DNA from: Caecitellus pseudoparvulus
Lineage: Eukaryota > Protista > Bigyra: Bicosoecida
DNA: 64,000 nucleotides
Assembly: GCA_965644315.1 (NCBI GenBank)
Contig: CBFFRQ010000062.1
Location: 372,001-436,000 of the forward strand
Direction: 5' to 3'
This document shows, in pieces, positions 44,911-56,729 of the stretch. The position numbers were made by a program, and so were the translations under genes. The stretch's first letter is position 1. Each line of letters starts with the position of its first letter. The notes below the pieces were generated by a model that had not been told where the DNA came from, did not search any database, and saw only the letters and a list, made by a program, of their open reading frames with translations.

Positions 44911-47900
44911 TCATGCGCTTTCACCATGCAACAAAGTGGTGGCAGCCTTGTAGCCGTTCACGCGCGCACGCAGCGCAGCACGGTGGGAAGCCGTGATGCT
45001 GCTCTTGCCCTCATCAACACCTGTCAACGCAGCACGCGCCGCCTGCAAGCCAGCCTCAGACCAGCCACCCAGCGCATCCAGTGTCATGGACGCTGAAGGG
45101 TGCGGATTGCTGCGCAGCTGCGCGACGAGGGCTGGCAGGAGCTTGTTCAAGCCTGCCACGGCAGGGTGTGCGCCGGCAGTCAAATGCAGTCCCCGCACGA
45201 CTGCTTGGAAGGCGCCCTGGGCCAGCGTCGCGTGGTCCATGGCAGCATAGGTGTCCCCTGCCACCCCGGCAGCTGCCAAGGCGTCCAGGGCGGTGTACAC
45301 CTCCTGCACCACGCTCTGCACGACGTCTGTCAGCTCGTCTTCGTAGGCGGGGTCACCAGCGTACAGCGTGCCGTTCCACACGGCGCCTGGTGGCAGCAGG
45401 GTGCCGGGCAGCGCTGCCTGCCCCATGAGAGCAAGTGCAGACAGCATGGCCACCAGGACTGTCGCCCTGCCAGCCCGGTTGGGCGCCCACTCCACCTTGG
45501 CTGTGGCCGCCAAAATGCCGCGCATGAGGTGGAAGGGGCCGTAGTGCGGCGAGCCAGGCATGGCTGCCAGAGCGGGCAGGAGAGAAGTGAGGAAGTCTGT
45601 GAGGTCTTCCTGGCTGGCGCGGGAACCCTGCTGCGGACCGCTCTCGATGACGTCCAGAGCTGCGGGGATTTCCGACACCAGGGCCATGAATGCGGAATCT
45701 GCTTGCGACAAGCAGGCGTTGGCGTGGGCAGCCACGCCCTCGGCCGCGAACAGGCGCATGCGCATGAGGGGCGCAGAGTGGATGGGCACTGTGATGTGCA
45801 CGAAGGCGATGGCGGTCTTGACGAAGCTGGCAGTGCCGGCGGTGTGTGCCGCCGCACCGCGAGCTGACCCCCGCTTCGCGGCTCGCGCATCCACCAAGTC
45901 CAACGCCTTGTGCACAAGGCGCAGGCCGGCCCCCACCAGCGCCTCTGTGACTGCATCTGTGGGCGGGAACACCTCCCGGGCATGGGTTAGGGCGGCCAGC
46001 TGCCCCTCCAGGTCCCGCCCGAAGTCCAGCTTGGCCACGAACGCCACCAGCAGCTCATCCACCTCCCGCCGCGCATCCACGGTGGCCAGGGCGTCCACAC
46101 CCAGGGACACAGGGCGTGCGATGTCCAGCATGGTGTCCACCAGCAGGGCGTCCCCCACGCTGCCCGCCTGGGCGTTGAACGCCTTCAGCAGACGGCGGCA
46201 GGCCTTGCGTTTCGCGGCGGGGCTGAACGCTTCCAGCAGCCGAGGCAGGTAGTCGTGGGTCAGGAGGGAGTCACTCTCACCGCCCATGCGGTAGGCACGC
46301 TCCTCTTCGTCGGCAATGTGGCTCAAGTCTGACTCGAAGGCCACCACTGCGTGCATGGCATCTGCCAAGTGCTCTTGGGTTGCCGGCTTGAAACCCCAGG
46401 TGGGGAGGGCCTCACCGGCCTCGCCAGCGGCGGCCGCTGCCTGCTGCTCCGCCACGGCCTTCGTCATGACCTTCACCGCCTTCACCACGTGGCGGGCGAT
46501 GTCCTGCAGCAGGGTGAGGAGGTGGGGGCGCCCGAAGTGTGCCGCCAGCAACTGCATGAAGGCTGCCCCTGCCTCCAGGAACACGTCAATGTCTTCGTGG
46601 TCCAGGGCTGAGACGAGGCCCCAGGCGCCGTTCAGGAACGGCAGGCGGTGCTCCTCTGGGAAGGCTTCGCTGGGCGCCGCAGCAATGCGCCGGGCGATGG
46701 CCGCGAGGGCTGAGTGTTGCGTTATCACGGCTGTGGACGCCACCGCTGCCTCCACGAGTTCCAGCACGGTGGGCAAGTATGACGCGTACAGTTCCCCTGG
46801 GAAGGCATCCAGAATCGTGTACAACACGGTCATGTCCCCCATGGGCCCCGTGACTGCCTTGTACTGCCGCATGACGCTTTGAAACGTCCGGCGCGTTTCG
46901 GCACCGGCCACCCCGCCGTCCTCCAGCACCGCTGCTGTGGCGAGTTGGTGGAACTGCCAGCCCAGGGCTGGCTTAAACAGGTGTGTGTACTGGCCAGGTG
47001 CGTACCCTGCAGCCTGCAGAGTGGCCTGCCTGCGCGTGTTGCCCAGCAAATGGTACGTGCTGAAGAAGTCCTGCACGCCTGCCATGACAGCCACCCGCTC
47101 AGCCGCCGCCTCTCCCCCCAGCAGGCGGTGCAGTGCGCGTGCCAGGTACCACCGCGCATAGGACGCGACGAGGGGGTCTGCCAGCCCCCTCACCGTGTGC
47201 GAGAGTCGAGTCAGGATTGCGGCAAAGTCCGCATCGCTGAGGAAACGGTACACCTCCAGCAGCGCACACTCCATGTACAGGCGCGGCAGGAGCTCGCGAA
47301 TGCAGGCGATTTTAAATAGCCAGTTACGGGCCGTCTCACGCGCCTCTGAGCCGATGTCTTCGGGGCGGAAGTTGTCAGGCAGACGCACCACCGTGCGGCG
47401 GCCGCCTGCCGCCTTGGCCATGTCAGCCAGCCCCGCCTCTGCGCGGGCCTTCAGGCGCATGAAGACGAGGTTGCCAAAGGTGTCCAGCAGGCTCGTCACC
47501 AGCACGAACATGCTGGGGTAGAATGCCGGCACGTCGGGTGCGCGCAGGAGCTTGGTGGCTTGGATGGCGATTTTGATGGCCAGCACGAAGTCACCGCCCT
47601 CCCACGCCTGGCGCAGGTCACTGTGCATGCGGTGGATCATCTCCGCGTACTCACTCTGGCTGAGCGCCACTGGCGCGCCTTCTGACCGCGCCGCGCCGGT
47701 AGTCAGCGTCTCGAGCCGCTGGCGTGATTTTGCCACAGCGGCACTGGCGCCGTCCCCCGCCGCCGCTGCCGCCGCAGCTGTGTCCCCCACCAGATCCCCA
47801 GACACAGACACCGTGGCAGAGGTTTTGTACTCCCCCAGCACGTGCATCTTCTGGCGCTGCCAGTGCAGGGAGTCGTTCTTCGCCCAAGCTCGGGCAGCGG

Positions 47901-48428
47901 CTGCGACGTCTGCGTCACTGATGCGCCCTACGCCAGTGCTTGGCGCACTTGCAGAGGAGGGGGCAGATTTGGTGGGCTCCTTGGGCACTGCTGCAGCCCT
48001 TGCAGCCATCTGAGGAGGAAGGGTTGCAGGGTGGCGGGTGGCGCAGTGCGGGGCGGGCTGGTGCACTGCACTTGACGCACGGCAGCAAGTGGGTCATCTG
48101 CAAGGCTCGGCGGCGGCGCTGCCGCAGCTGCCATGGCCCCCAGAGGATCATCTGATACTTGGGGCGGGCTAGGCGCAGGCTCTGGCTGTGGAGATGGAGC
48201 CTTCGCAGTGCTGGGGCTGCTGCCCGTGCCACTGGCCCCGCCGCTGGTGCTGGGGATGGCACGCTCAGCTGCCGTGGGGAAGGGGAGGGCTGGGAGGGGC
48301 ACCGCAACCTCCGCCACCTCCGCCTCGTCCATAGTGCGCACAATGCTGCAGGGGACAGGGGGGGGCACAGCCTGTCGTCGAGGTGCAGCGACAGGGGCGC
48401 AGGGGTGGCGCACGTACCAAGTGGCCAT
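44911..48428 (-). CDS. VPS35L: VPS35-like (C16orf62) subunit of Retriever/Commander; introns approx. 48417-48346, 48080-48010
   Basis: N-terminal DDPL repeats, AWEGGDFVLAIKIAIQATKLL..FYPSMFVLVTSLLDTFGNLVF, ETARNWLFKIACIRELLPRLYME, GLADPLVASYARWYL, DFGRDLEGQL, LYAGDPAY. Confidence 0.94.
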
Positions 48429-48645
48429 GGTGACCGCTGTGCTGATGAGCAGGACCTCACGCACACCACCAGGGGCAGTCCCGGCCCGGATGCCGTGCAG
48501 AGCTGCTCTGCTGGTGCGTGTGGGGGCCTGGGCAGAGGGCTGTCGCCAGGCGTGGGTGTTTGGAGTTTGAAGCAGGCCCGTGCATTGTGCCAGCCGCCAC
48601 GCTGCTTGGCCGAGGCGTCAATGCCACACAGCCCACATACCAGGC

Positions 48646-50803
48646 TCACAGAGCTGAGGTGGCATGGTTCGCTGCGGTTTGCCCTTTGCCCGCTGTCAGG
48701 AAGGCACACCCCAGAGGCGCTGCCACGTACCAACCTTGGAACTGCCGCACCACCCACCAGAAATCCCCCTGCTGTGCCAAACGCCCCACGACACACTGCA
48801 CACTAGCGGCAGCCAGGGAAGGCGTGGCTGCCGCTGGACCACCCTGTGCACTGACTGCGGGGTTTGCGGGGCCTGCAGCCTCAGGTAAGTGCGCGGCAAA
48901 GTCCCCGAAGCGGAACTCCTGCAGCCTGTACCCGGCCGGGTCCACTGTGCGGGTGCTTGAGTTGTATGTGTACATGGCTTGGTCCAAGAGCAACTTGTCT
49001 GTGGCACTGAGACCCACACGCACCGCTTCGTATGCTTTATGCAGAGCCGTGTTGCGTGAGGGGCTGCCTGGGTCTGAGCCTGGGAAGCTCACTCGCAACG
49101 CGTCCACAGAATCTGCCCGCGCTGTGGCTGTGGACTGCACAGCCGTGGTCCAGGCTTCCCCTGACTCGGCGACCGCTTCAGGGTGCAGGGTTGCCAGGAG
49201 CAGGGCGGGGTGTGGGTCAACCACGATGTCGGCCGCACGGAGGGTGGAGTGTGGCACGGCCCACACACGCCCTGCGTTGGCGCGCCCTGCCACCAGCGCA
49301 GGGTGCTCAGCAGGTGCTGCGTCTGTGTCGGCACTGGGCGGCGCCAAGCCAACAGCTTGGCGCAGGTCACCAAGAAACGCCCACTGGTCTGCACTCAGGC
49401 GCAGCGCATGGCGTGTGGGCCGCCCCCGCTCCTGGGCCTGCCACTTCCAGAAAGCCCCTTGCTCCAAGACACGCTGAGCAGGGGAAGGCAGCGTGCTTTG
49501 GGGTGGCCCGGACCACACAGCTGCCAGGGCGTCAGCTTGGTGTTGGTGGAAGGGGTTGGGGTTCACCGCCCACGGCAGGCCGACGAAGGCGAGAGTGGGG
49601 AAGCCGGCGTGGAAGGTGTTCTTGAACAGTGGGAACACACGGCGGGTGTCAATGCCCACAAGCGCCCGCTCGTGTGCCCCTGCGCTGGGTGTTGACACGT
49701 CCAGGAAAGGAAACGTGTACTCGTACCCAGTGCACCAAATGACAACGTCAATGGGAACACGTTCACCGTGGCCTGTCACCACGGCATCTCCCTCCTTCGT
49801 GATTTCCACTGGCGCGCTGATTCTCCCCGGCACAGGCGTGCCCGAGGCGTGGTGTGCTGCTGCAGCCAACGCGCCTGCTTCCTCGCTGTGTGCCACTTCC
49901 CGACAGGCAATGAACACTGTCGCAGCACAAGTGGCCACTTCGCGAGCAATGTCCTGGCCACTGGGACCTGCTCCCACCACCAGAACTCGTTGCCCTGTGA
50001 ACGCCTGAGGCGTGCGGTATGCACTGGAGTGCACCTGCGCAATGCCGCTGCCCTCGCTGCTTGACGGCAAACACGGCGCGTTGGGGGTCGCGTAGTGCCC
50101 GTTGCAGACGGCAACGAAGTCATACTCCTCATTTCCACTTCCCCCTTCGTGGTGCTGCCACTTGACGCTCCAGCGCATGCCTTCGGCGCCTGGCGGCAGG
50201 CGTGTCTCGTACTGCGTTGCGGCAGCCTGCGCCTCGGCACCCAGCAAGGCGTCAGGAGGCGGCAGGGCAGGGAGAGCCTGCTCAGCGGGCAAGATGGGGT
50301 CTATGTGTGTCACTGGCGTGCGGAGGTGCAGGGTGAGGGGCGGCTGCGCAGCGACTTGGTCTGCTGCCGCGCCCGGCGTGGTGGCATGCATATCAAGGCT
50401 GCCTGCGAAAGCCTCCAGCTGCGCCTGCACTGCTGCGTGGGACGCGAAGCTCCACGCGGCGGGGGCCACACTGGCCCCACGCAGCAGCATGACCTCTTTG
50501 GGCAGGTTGGTGTGCAGGCCCTCGTACATGACTGCGCCCCTCGCCTCGCTGTCCAGGGCGGCGGCAGCATCGCTCGCTGAGGCTGGGGGGGCTTCTCTGT
50601 ATCGCCAGAGTCCCCCGACTGCCCCAGAAGCCTCGAACACAGTCACACGCAGACCAGCCTGTGCCAGTCGAGCTGCAGTGACGAGGCCTGCTGCACCGGC
50701 GCCTGTGCAGCGAGGAAAGGCAAGCCCCAGTGCGGCGAGGGTGTGCCAGCGTGCGGGTTGGGCACGGACCAATTACCGCAGCCCTGCGTGCGCGTGCAGC
50801 CAT
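48646..50803 (-). CDS. Flavin-containing monooxygenase (class B FMO); intron 50769-50703
   Basis: Spliced FAD motif AVIGAGAAGL, GGLW, MYEGLHTNLPKEVM, VCNGHY, FMO-fingerprint-like GIAQVHSSAYR, NADPH motif VGAGPSG, WCTGY. The exact 3' end may involve a further intron. Confidence 0.92.
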
Positions 50804-51103
50804 GCTGACCACTCCTGGAACGGGAAGCCGGCCACGTCCACAGTTGAGAACAAACCTCAGTACACTTTACGTCTCTGACGCTTCGCTCGAAAGTAGCCTG
50901 AGCTGAGCGAGATCGGATTCATGCAGCCCACCCCCCCCTTTCAGCCCCTGCATCCTGACCACTCCCCGCCCTCCCCACCACAACCCAAACTTCCTCACGA
51001 TAACCAAGCACTGCGTGGCTCTCTGCCCCTCACGTGCTTGAGGCTGGGCACTGCTGCGGTGCAAAAGGCAGCCTGTGGGCTCGGTGCCTTGGCGCCTGTT
51101 GAC
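50804..51103. promoter_or_regulatory. Probable bidirectional promoter between the FMO (-) and sulfotransferase-like (+) genes
   Basis: 300-bp head-to-head interval between the two start codons. Confidence 0.5.
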
Positions 51104-52672
51104 ATGGCTGGCAGAGCAGCCCTGGTGGCGGCAGCTCTGTGCGCCTCTGCCCTGTGTGCAGCTGGCGAGGGGGAACTCCGGGGGGGGCGTGACACCGGCT
51201 TCGACGGGCCCCGTCTGGAGCTGCGCGTGGAAGCCATGCTGAACGATGCCTGGACGCCGGTGTCTGTGAACCTGCGGCGCACGCCACACAAGGTGGGGCT
51301 GTGCAAGCTGGACCACGAACTGCGGCACCAAGATCCCTCCGCAGTGCCGATGTTCCAGGAGTGGTCTCGCCGCTCGGGCTGCACGGGCGGGGCTGTGCAG
51401 CACGTGCCGCTGGTCGTGTACGAAAAGGTGGTCGGCAGTATCGTGGACAGGTATGAGAAGACGGGCACGGCAGACGAAGGGTTCCCACCCCCCGTCCCCA
51501 ATGGCATCATCTACCACATGATGCGCACTGGCAGCACGTTGTGGGGCAACAGTGCGTGGCGTCGGGCTGACGCGTTTCCCCCGCGTTTCGACACGCCCCT
51601 TGCCCGGCTTCGCAGTGCTGTCCCGCGCTGAGAATGTGCTGGTGTACTCAGAGCCATTCACAATCATCGATGCCGTGTCAGGCAGCGGCCTTCCGCCTGA
51701 TCGCAGGTACGTGAAAGCCCTGGCCTGCCGCTGGGCCTGCCACTTGTCTTGCCACTTGGCAGTGCTGGCCTGCTCACCTTCTGACTTCACACGCAAAGAC
51801 CGCCCTTCGGACACAGGGCGCAGTTGTTGAAGCTGCTGTACGCAGGCATGACGCGAGTTCGGGGGCACTCTTCTTCGGTGTTGAAGTTTCCTATCGCAGC
51901 CACGGTGCAGGTGTACGAGAACATGCACATGGCCTTCCCCGGCACGCCGTGGGTGTACATCTTCCGCCGCCCAGAGGAGGTGCTGGCGTCCATGTTCCGG
52001 GTGGCTGGGCAGAACCCCCGCTTGCGTGGGAAGAAAGCGGACTCCAAGAGGCCCCCCAACGCCCCCTGCACTCGCACCAAGGGGCCAGGCGCGCCTGCAC
52101 CTGTGAAGACGCTGCTGCGGGAGGGGTCGGGTCACTCGCCCCAGGAGTCAAGCCACGACGAGTACTGCGCTGCGTTCCTGGCCATGCTGTGTGACTCAGC
52201 CATCACGTGGCACAAGCAGGCGCTGGAGGCGCCCAAGGAAGAACACCCCCCCGGCATGTTCCTGAACTACGTCTCCATTCCCCACGTCATTCTGGCAGTG
52301 TCCCGGCAGCACTTCGGCATTCCCCTGACCGAGGAGCAGGCACGCAAGGTGGCGGAGGAGGGCGGCGTGTACTCCAAGTCTCGTGCCAAGCCCGGCAAGG
52401 GCGGCCAGGCCTTCAAGGGCGACGCTGAGGATAAGATGGCTCAGAGCCCCGACTCGTACCACCTGTGGAGCAGCGTGTACCTGTACGAGCGGTATGCCGC
52501 CATGACGGCCCTGGCGCAGGGAGTGGAGCTGCTGGACACTGCGCAGCAGGAGCAGCTGAAGGCCGAGGTGGAGTGGGTGACGTCTGCGCGGGAGACGTGG
52601 AGTGCCAAGCTGGCCAAGGGGGGCAGTGTCGGGCAGGGGGGGGGGCAGGAGGGCCCGGTGGGGCTGGCTTAG
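51104..52672 (+). CDS. Secretory-pathway sulfotransferase-like P-loop protein; introns 51552-51615, 51707-51816
   Basis: Signal peptide MAGRAALVAAALCASALCAA. 5'-PSB-like GIIYHMMRTGSTLWGNML, VYSEP, VLKF. 3'-PB-like FPGTPWVYIFRRPEEVLAS. Confidence 0.8.
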
Positions 52673-52724
52673 TCAGCGCAATACATGCATTGCCGCGGCC
52701 CAGGCCACACACCCATGGCGGGGC

Positions 52725-55172
52725 CTAGCCCAGGTCCACAGGGCGGCTGCGGACGGGCTGGCCCATGGCGATGCCGTGGCCTCGGGCAGGGGAAGGCGGC
52801 AGGCCGAAGGGCAGTCCCCCCCCTCCTCCAGAGGCCACGGAGCAGTACGAGTCTGTGCGCGTGGCGTTGGGGGGCGGCTTCATGGAGGCGGAGAGGCCGC
52901 CTGAGGAGCCCGCCGAGGGGGGCGCGGCGCCCTCAGCGGCCCCTGGCTCGGGGGACGTCACCCGGGAGGGGGGTTGCCACACCCCCTCCTGGTCCTCCTC
53001 CCCATCCGCATCCCCGCCCCGGAAGGCGCCCTGAGCCGCCAGGCTGTGCTGCACCGCCGCAGGCGGGGCAGGGGGCCCCCCACCCGCCCCGCTTCCGTGA
53101 GACATGGCCCAACTCACGGGGGACAACCCACCCAGGCCACCCAGGCTCATGGCCTGAGCCAGGGCTTTGCGCGCCGAGGCGAATCGCTGGGCTTCGTAGA
53201 ACAGCAGGGTGCGCAAGTCCTCTGCTGGCACGTTTGGGCGCTCCACGATCTCCATGGCTGGGAAGGGGCCTGAAGCCTTCACTTCCCCGGCGGGGTTGCG
53301 GCAGCTGGCCAGGAAGGGGTGTGCGAGGGCGTCTGCCACCGTGATGCGTTTCGCAGGGGCGAAGGCCAGCATGCGCTCCAGCAAGTCCAGAGCAGCTGCA
53401 GGCGCGCCTGGCAACGTCGCAGCCAGGCCTCGGCCCTGGCGCGGCGTCAGCGCCTTCAGGTACGTCTTGGCGTCACAGGGAGGGAGCGTTTCCACGTCGT
53501 CAGCGTGCGGCGTGCCCAGGACCTTAAAGATGATGTTGAGCTGGTCGTACTTGTTGGTGTACGCGTCAGGTGTCTCTACAGACAGGGGGAAACAGGAGTT
53601 GCCGGGGAACAGCGGGCCGCGCTTGGTGAAGTCGGGCTGCACCTGCGGCAGCATTTGCAGCAACTCTGCCAGCACGCAGCCCAGACTCCACATGTCCACA
53701 CGGTGGCCATAATCCTGCAGCAGGATGAGCTCTGGGCAGCGGTACCACCGCGTCACGACATGGTGCGTGAGGGCCAAGTTGGCCTTGGCCCTGTGAGGCT
53801 TCGCTGGCGCTGCGATGGCGGGTGGCTCCGTTGTTGACGCGGCAGCTGCACGCGGCCTGCCTCGCGCCCTGCCGCCCTGTGGCAGGGCCGCGCACTGCTC
53901 TTGAGGGCTAGTGCTGGAATCAGATGCTGTAGAGCCGCCACGAGACCCCCCCGCCTCTGCAGCCGTGCTCCTTGCAGGTGCAGTGCTGGCGGCTGACGCA
54001 GCGGCTACTCGAGCCGACCTGCGGCGTTTCGGCGCCGAGGCGGCAGCTGGCGAAGGCGGGGTGGTGGTGCCGACAGGGCTGGACGTGCAGGCTGTGCTGG
54101 ACGCAGTCGTCGCAGCCTGTGTTGAAGTGCCCCCCTGCCCCTTCAAATGCATCAGCTCGTCCACGTCGAAGCTGCCGTAGGCACGCCGACGTGCGGCGAA
54201 GTCACTCTCAGGCCGCACCACCCGCGCCAGCCCGAAATCCGCCAAGTGCACCCGGCAGGAGAGACTGATGAGCAAGTTGGCGGGCTTGATATCACGGTGG
54301 ATGACACACGCCGACTCCAGGAAGTTCATGGCGGTCAGGATCTGCGGCGGCGGAGAGCGGCGTGGTGACGGCTGCAAGCAGCTGACGCATGCACTGCCTG
54401 TCGGCGCTGCCCTTACCTGGTACATGATGTGCTGCACGTGGCGGGGGGTCAGATTCTGGTTGCTCTTGGTGATCTTGTGCAGGTCAGTTTCGACGTGTTC
54501 TGCGAGGCGCGCGCGTCGTTGCGTGGGGCCAGGTCCCGAAACGCCAGCACAAAACGCCGTGGCCACAGGGCCCGTGCTCGCCCACGCCGCGCTCGCCCCA
54601 CGCACCAAACACCATGAACACCTCGTCGAAATCGTCCAGAGAGTCCGCTGCCACAATGTCCAGCAGCTGCACGATGTGGGGCGCTCCACGGCAGCACTTC
54701 AGCACCGACACTTCCCGCAGGAGGCGCTTCAGCTCCACCTCTGTCGCCTTGGTGATCTTCACTCGCTTGATCGCGACCTGTGCTCACGGGGGTGGACAAG
54801 GTAGGGTGAAGGCTGGGCCTTGGCAGGTCCGTGCAGGCCAGGGGCCCAGGCGGCCAGCCGCCCTGGCTCTGCCACGCCAACAGCAAAACGCCGGCCCCAG
54901 CGCACGCCACTCACCTTGGCTCCAGTGGTCAAGTCTGTGGCCTCTGCCACCTCCCCGTAGCTGCCACGGCCCAGGTAGCCCTTGTCATGAATCTTGTACT
55001 GGGGCCCACACCGCCAGTTCCGTGGGTTGCTCCGGGCTGGCAAGCCGCTGTGAGGAACTGGAGGTGCGGCATCTCCAGCTTCGGGTGGTGGCCCGTCATT
55101 GGGCTCAGCGAAGCTGACTGTGCGTGCACGCTTGCGCCCACGGCGCCGGGAGTATGCAGCTGCATTCGCCAT
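52725..55172 (-). CDS. Atypical mitogen-activated protein kinase (TxH type); introns 54914-54778, 54605-54500, 54416-54342
   Basis: GRGSYGEV, VAIKR, KRLLREV, ETDLHK, HRDIKPAN, DFGLAR, LTHHVVTRWYRCPEL, DMWSLGC, PLFPG, DQLNIIFKVLGTP, KRITVADALAHPF. Confidence 0.95.
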
Positions 55173-55519
55173 GCTTAAAGCGCCTTGCTTGCTCCGTGCA
55201 GCAGCAAGCAGCTTTCGGACGGGGGCGATGGGTTGCAGGCGATGCTGACTGAGCACCTGGTGGAGTGCGTAGCAGCACCACTTCAGACACTGCAAGCCGT
55301 GCAATGCAGACGTGCAAGGCCACTTCTACCACGCAACACACGCCGCTAGGAGCTGTGCACGCGGGTGGCTCAAGCCTGGTGAACAATTTTGCCCGCGCAG
55401 AGCGTTTGGACTGACTGACCCTGCACTGCGGGCACTGGCGTTGACACACGGCCGGGTGCCTACCCGCAGGCCGCCCAGGCGCCATGGCGGAGCACTGCCG
55501 CACGCAGGACACAGTGCAT

Positions 55520-56510
55520 TCACCCCAACACGACATCTCCAGAGTCATCCGCGGCGGCTGCAGCTGCCACAGCTGCCGGCACCCCTGGCGTCCGACGTGA
55601 CACAGTGGCGCCACCCCCCAAGCGCACTTGGCCACTGGCCAGCAGAGCGTCAATGCCGCCCAAGGACGAGCCAGGCGCTTTCACAGGCATGGTCCTGGTG
55701 CCTGCCTCAAGCTCTTTCTTGCAGGGAAAGCAGATCTCGTCCACTGCCCCGAAAGCGTACCTGTGGGAGTGAAGGCGGCGCTGGTGCAGTTTGGAAGTGC
55801 CATGGGCAACGTAGGGAGGCACAGACAGTACACGGCGCGAGACAGGGGCCAGGTGTCCCCAGCACGTACCCGTCAGTCATGCACAGCTTGCAGAAGGTGC
55901 CGGAGCAGGCCTCACACCGCCGCACACAGTTGCCGCACGTGCGGCGCATGCAGTCTCCGCACACGATGGCCCCTCGCAGCTTCTTGCTGCCGCAGGCAAA
56001 GCAACTCTGCGGGCCACGGGGACCCTGCCCTCCGCTGGCCGCTGCATGGCCAGCGCTGGCGCTGCCACGCGTCATGGCGGCAGGCCAGAACTTGTCCAGA
56101 CTTGTCTGCGTGGGAGCGCTTCCTTGGCCTGCCGCCACGCCTGCGAGCCCTGCGAGCGGACAAAGAGGACATGTGGCATGGTATGAACAGGGGGGGTTCA
56201 ATGGCTCGTAGGGCGCGCGTGGGGCCGCGCGGGTGGCGGTGCACGCACCTGGCGAAAAAGTCTGCGGCGCTCCGCCGCTGCCATGCGCCGCTGCCGAAGT
56301 GGGAGGCGCCCTGCTCAGCGCCGCACCGCCCAGCCTCCCGGCACTTGCTGGAGCATAGCCTAGAGGAGCATGACCTGGTGTGCCTTGTGCGGACCCCACT
56401 CCGCCAGAGGCTGCGGCTGTGGCTTGCGAGCTGTTGCTGCCTTGCTTCCCAGTGGGCTGCAAATACCGCAGCATCGCTGCTGCCTGACACGCCTGCCACT
56501 CCTCGCGCAC
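55520..56510 (-). CDS. SIVA-like zinc-binding protein (5' end uncertain); introns approx. 56248-56150, 55869-55761
   Basis: The spliced Cys array CFAC..CGDCMRRTCGNCVRRCEACSGTFCKLC..ICFPC matches the SIVA C-terminal CxxC pattern. Start codon not resolved. Confidence 0.65.
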
Positions 56511-56729
56511 CCTGCAGCTGGCAAGGCAGTTCTGAGGGCAAGTTGTGGCAGGGCAAGCAAAGTGGGCATAGGTTCATTGAAGTTTGAAGGCGGCACGCAA
56601 GTGTCGCGCAAGGCGATGAGGGAGCTTCTTCTGCGCTGCGCTTGCTTCGAGCGCGGGCAAAGAAAGCGACCACATCAGCAGGAGCTGCCACCGTGGCGCT
56701 CTTGACCTGACTACAAGCTTGCCAGCTAA

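Noticed and set aside
1844-48428. Functional cluster of trafficking genes (VPS11, golgin, CYFIP, VPS35L)
   Set aside because: They are spread over 46 kb among unrelated housekeeping genes, which is compatible with chance.
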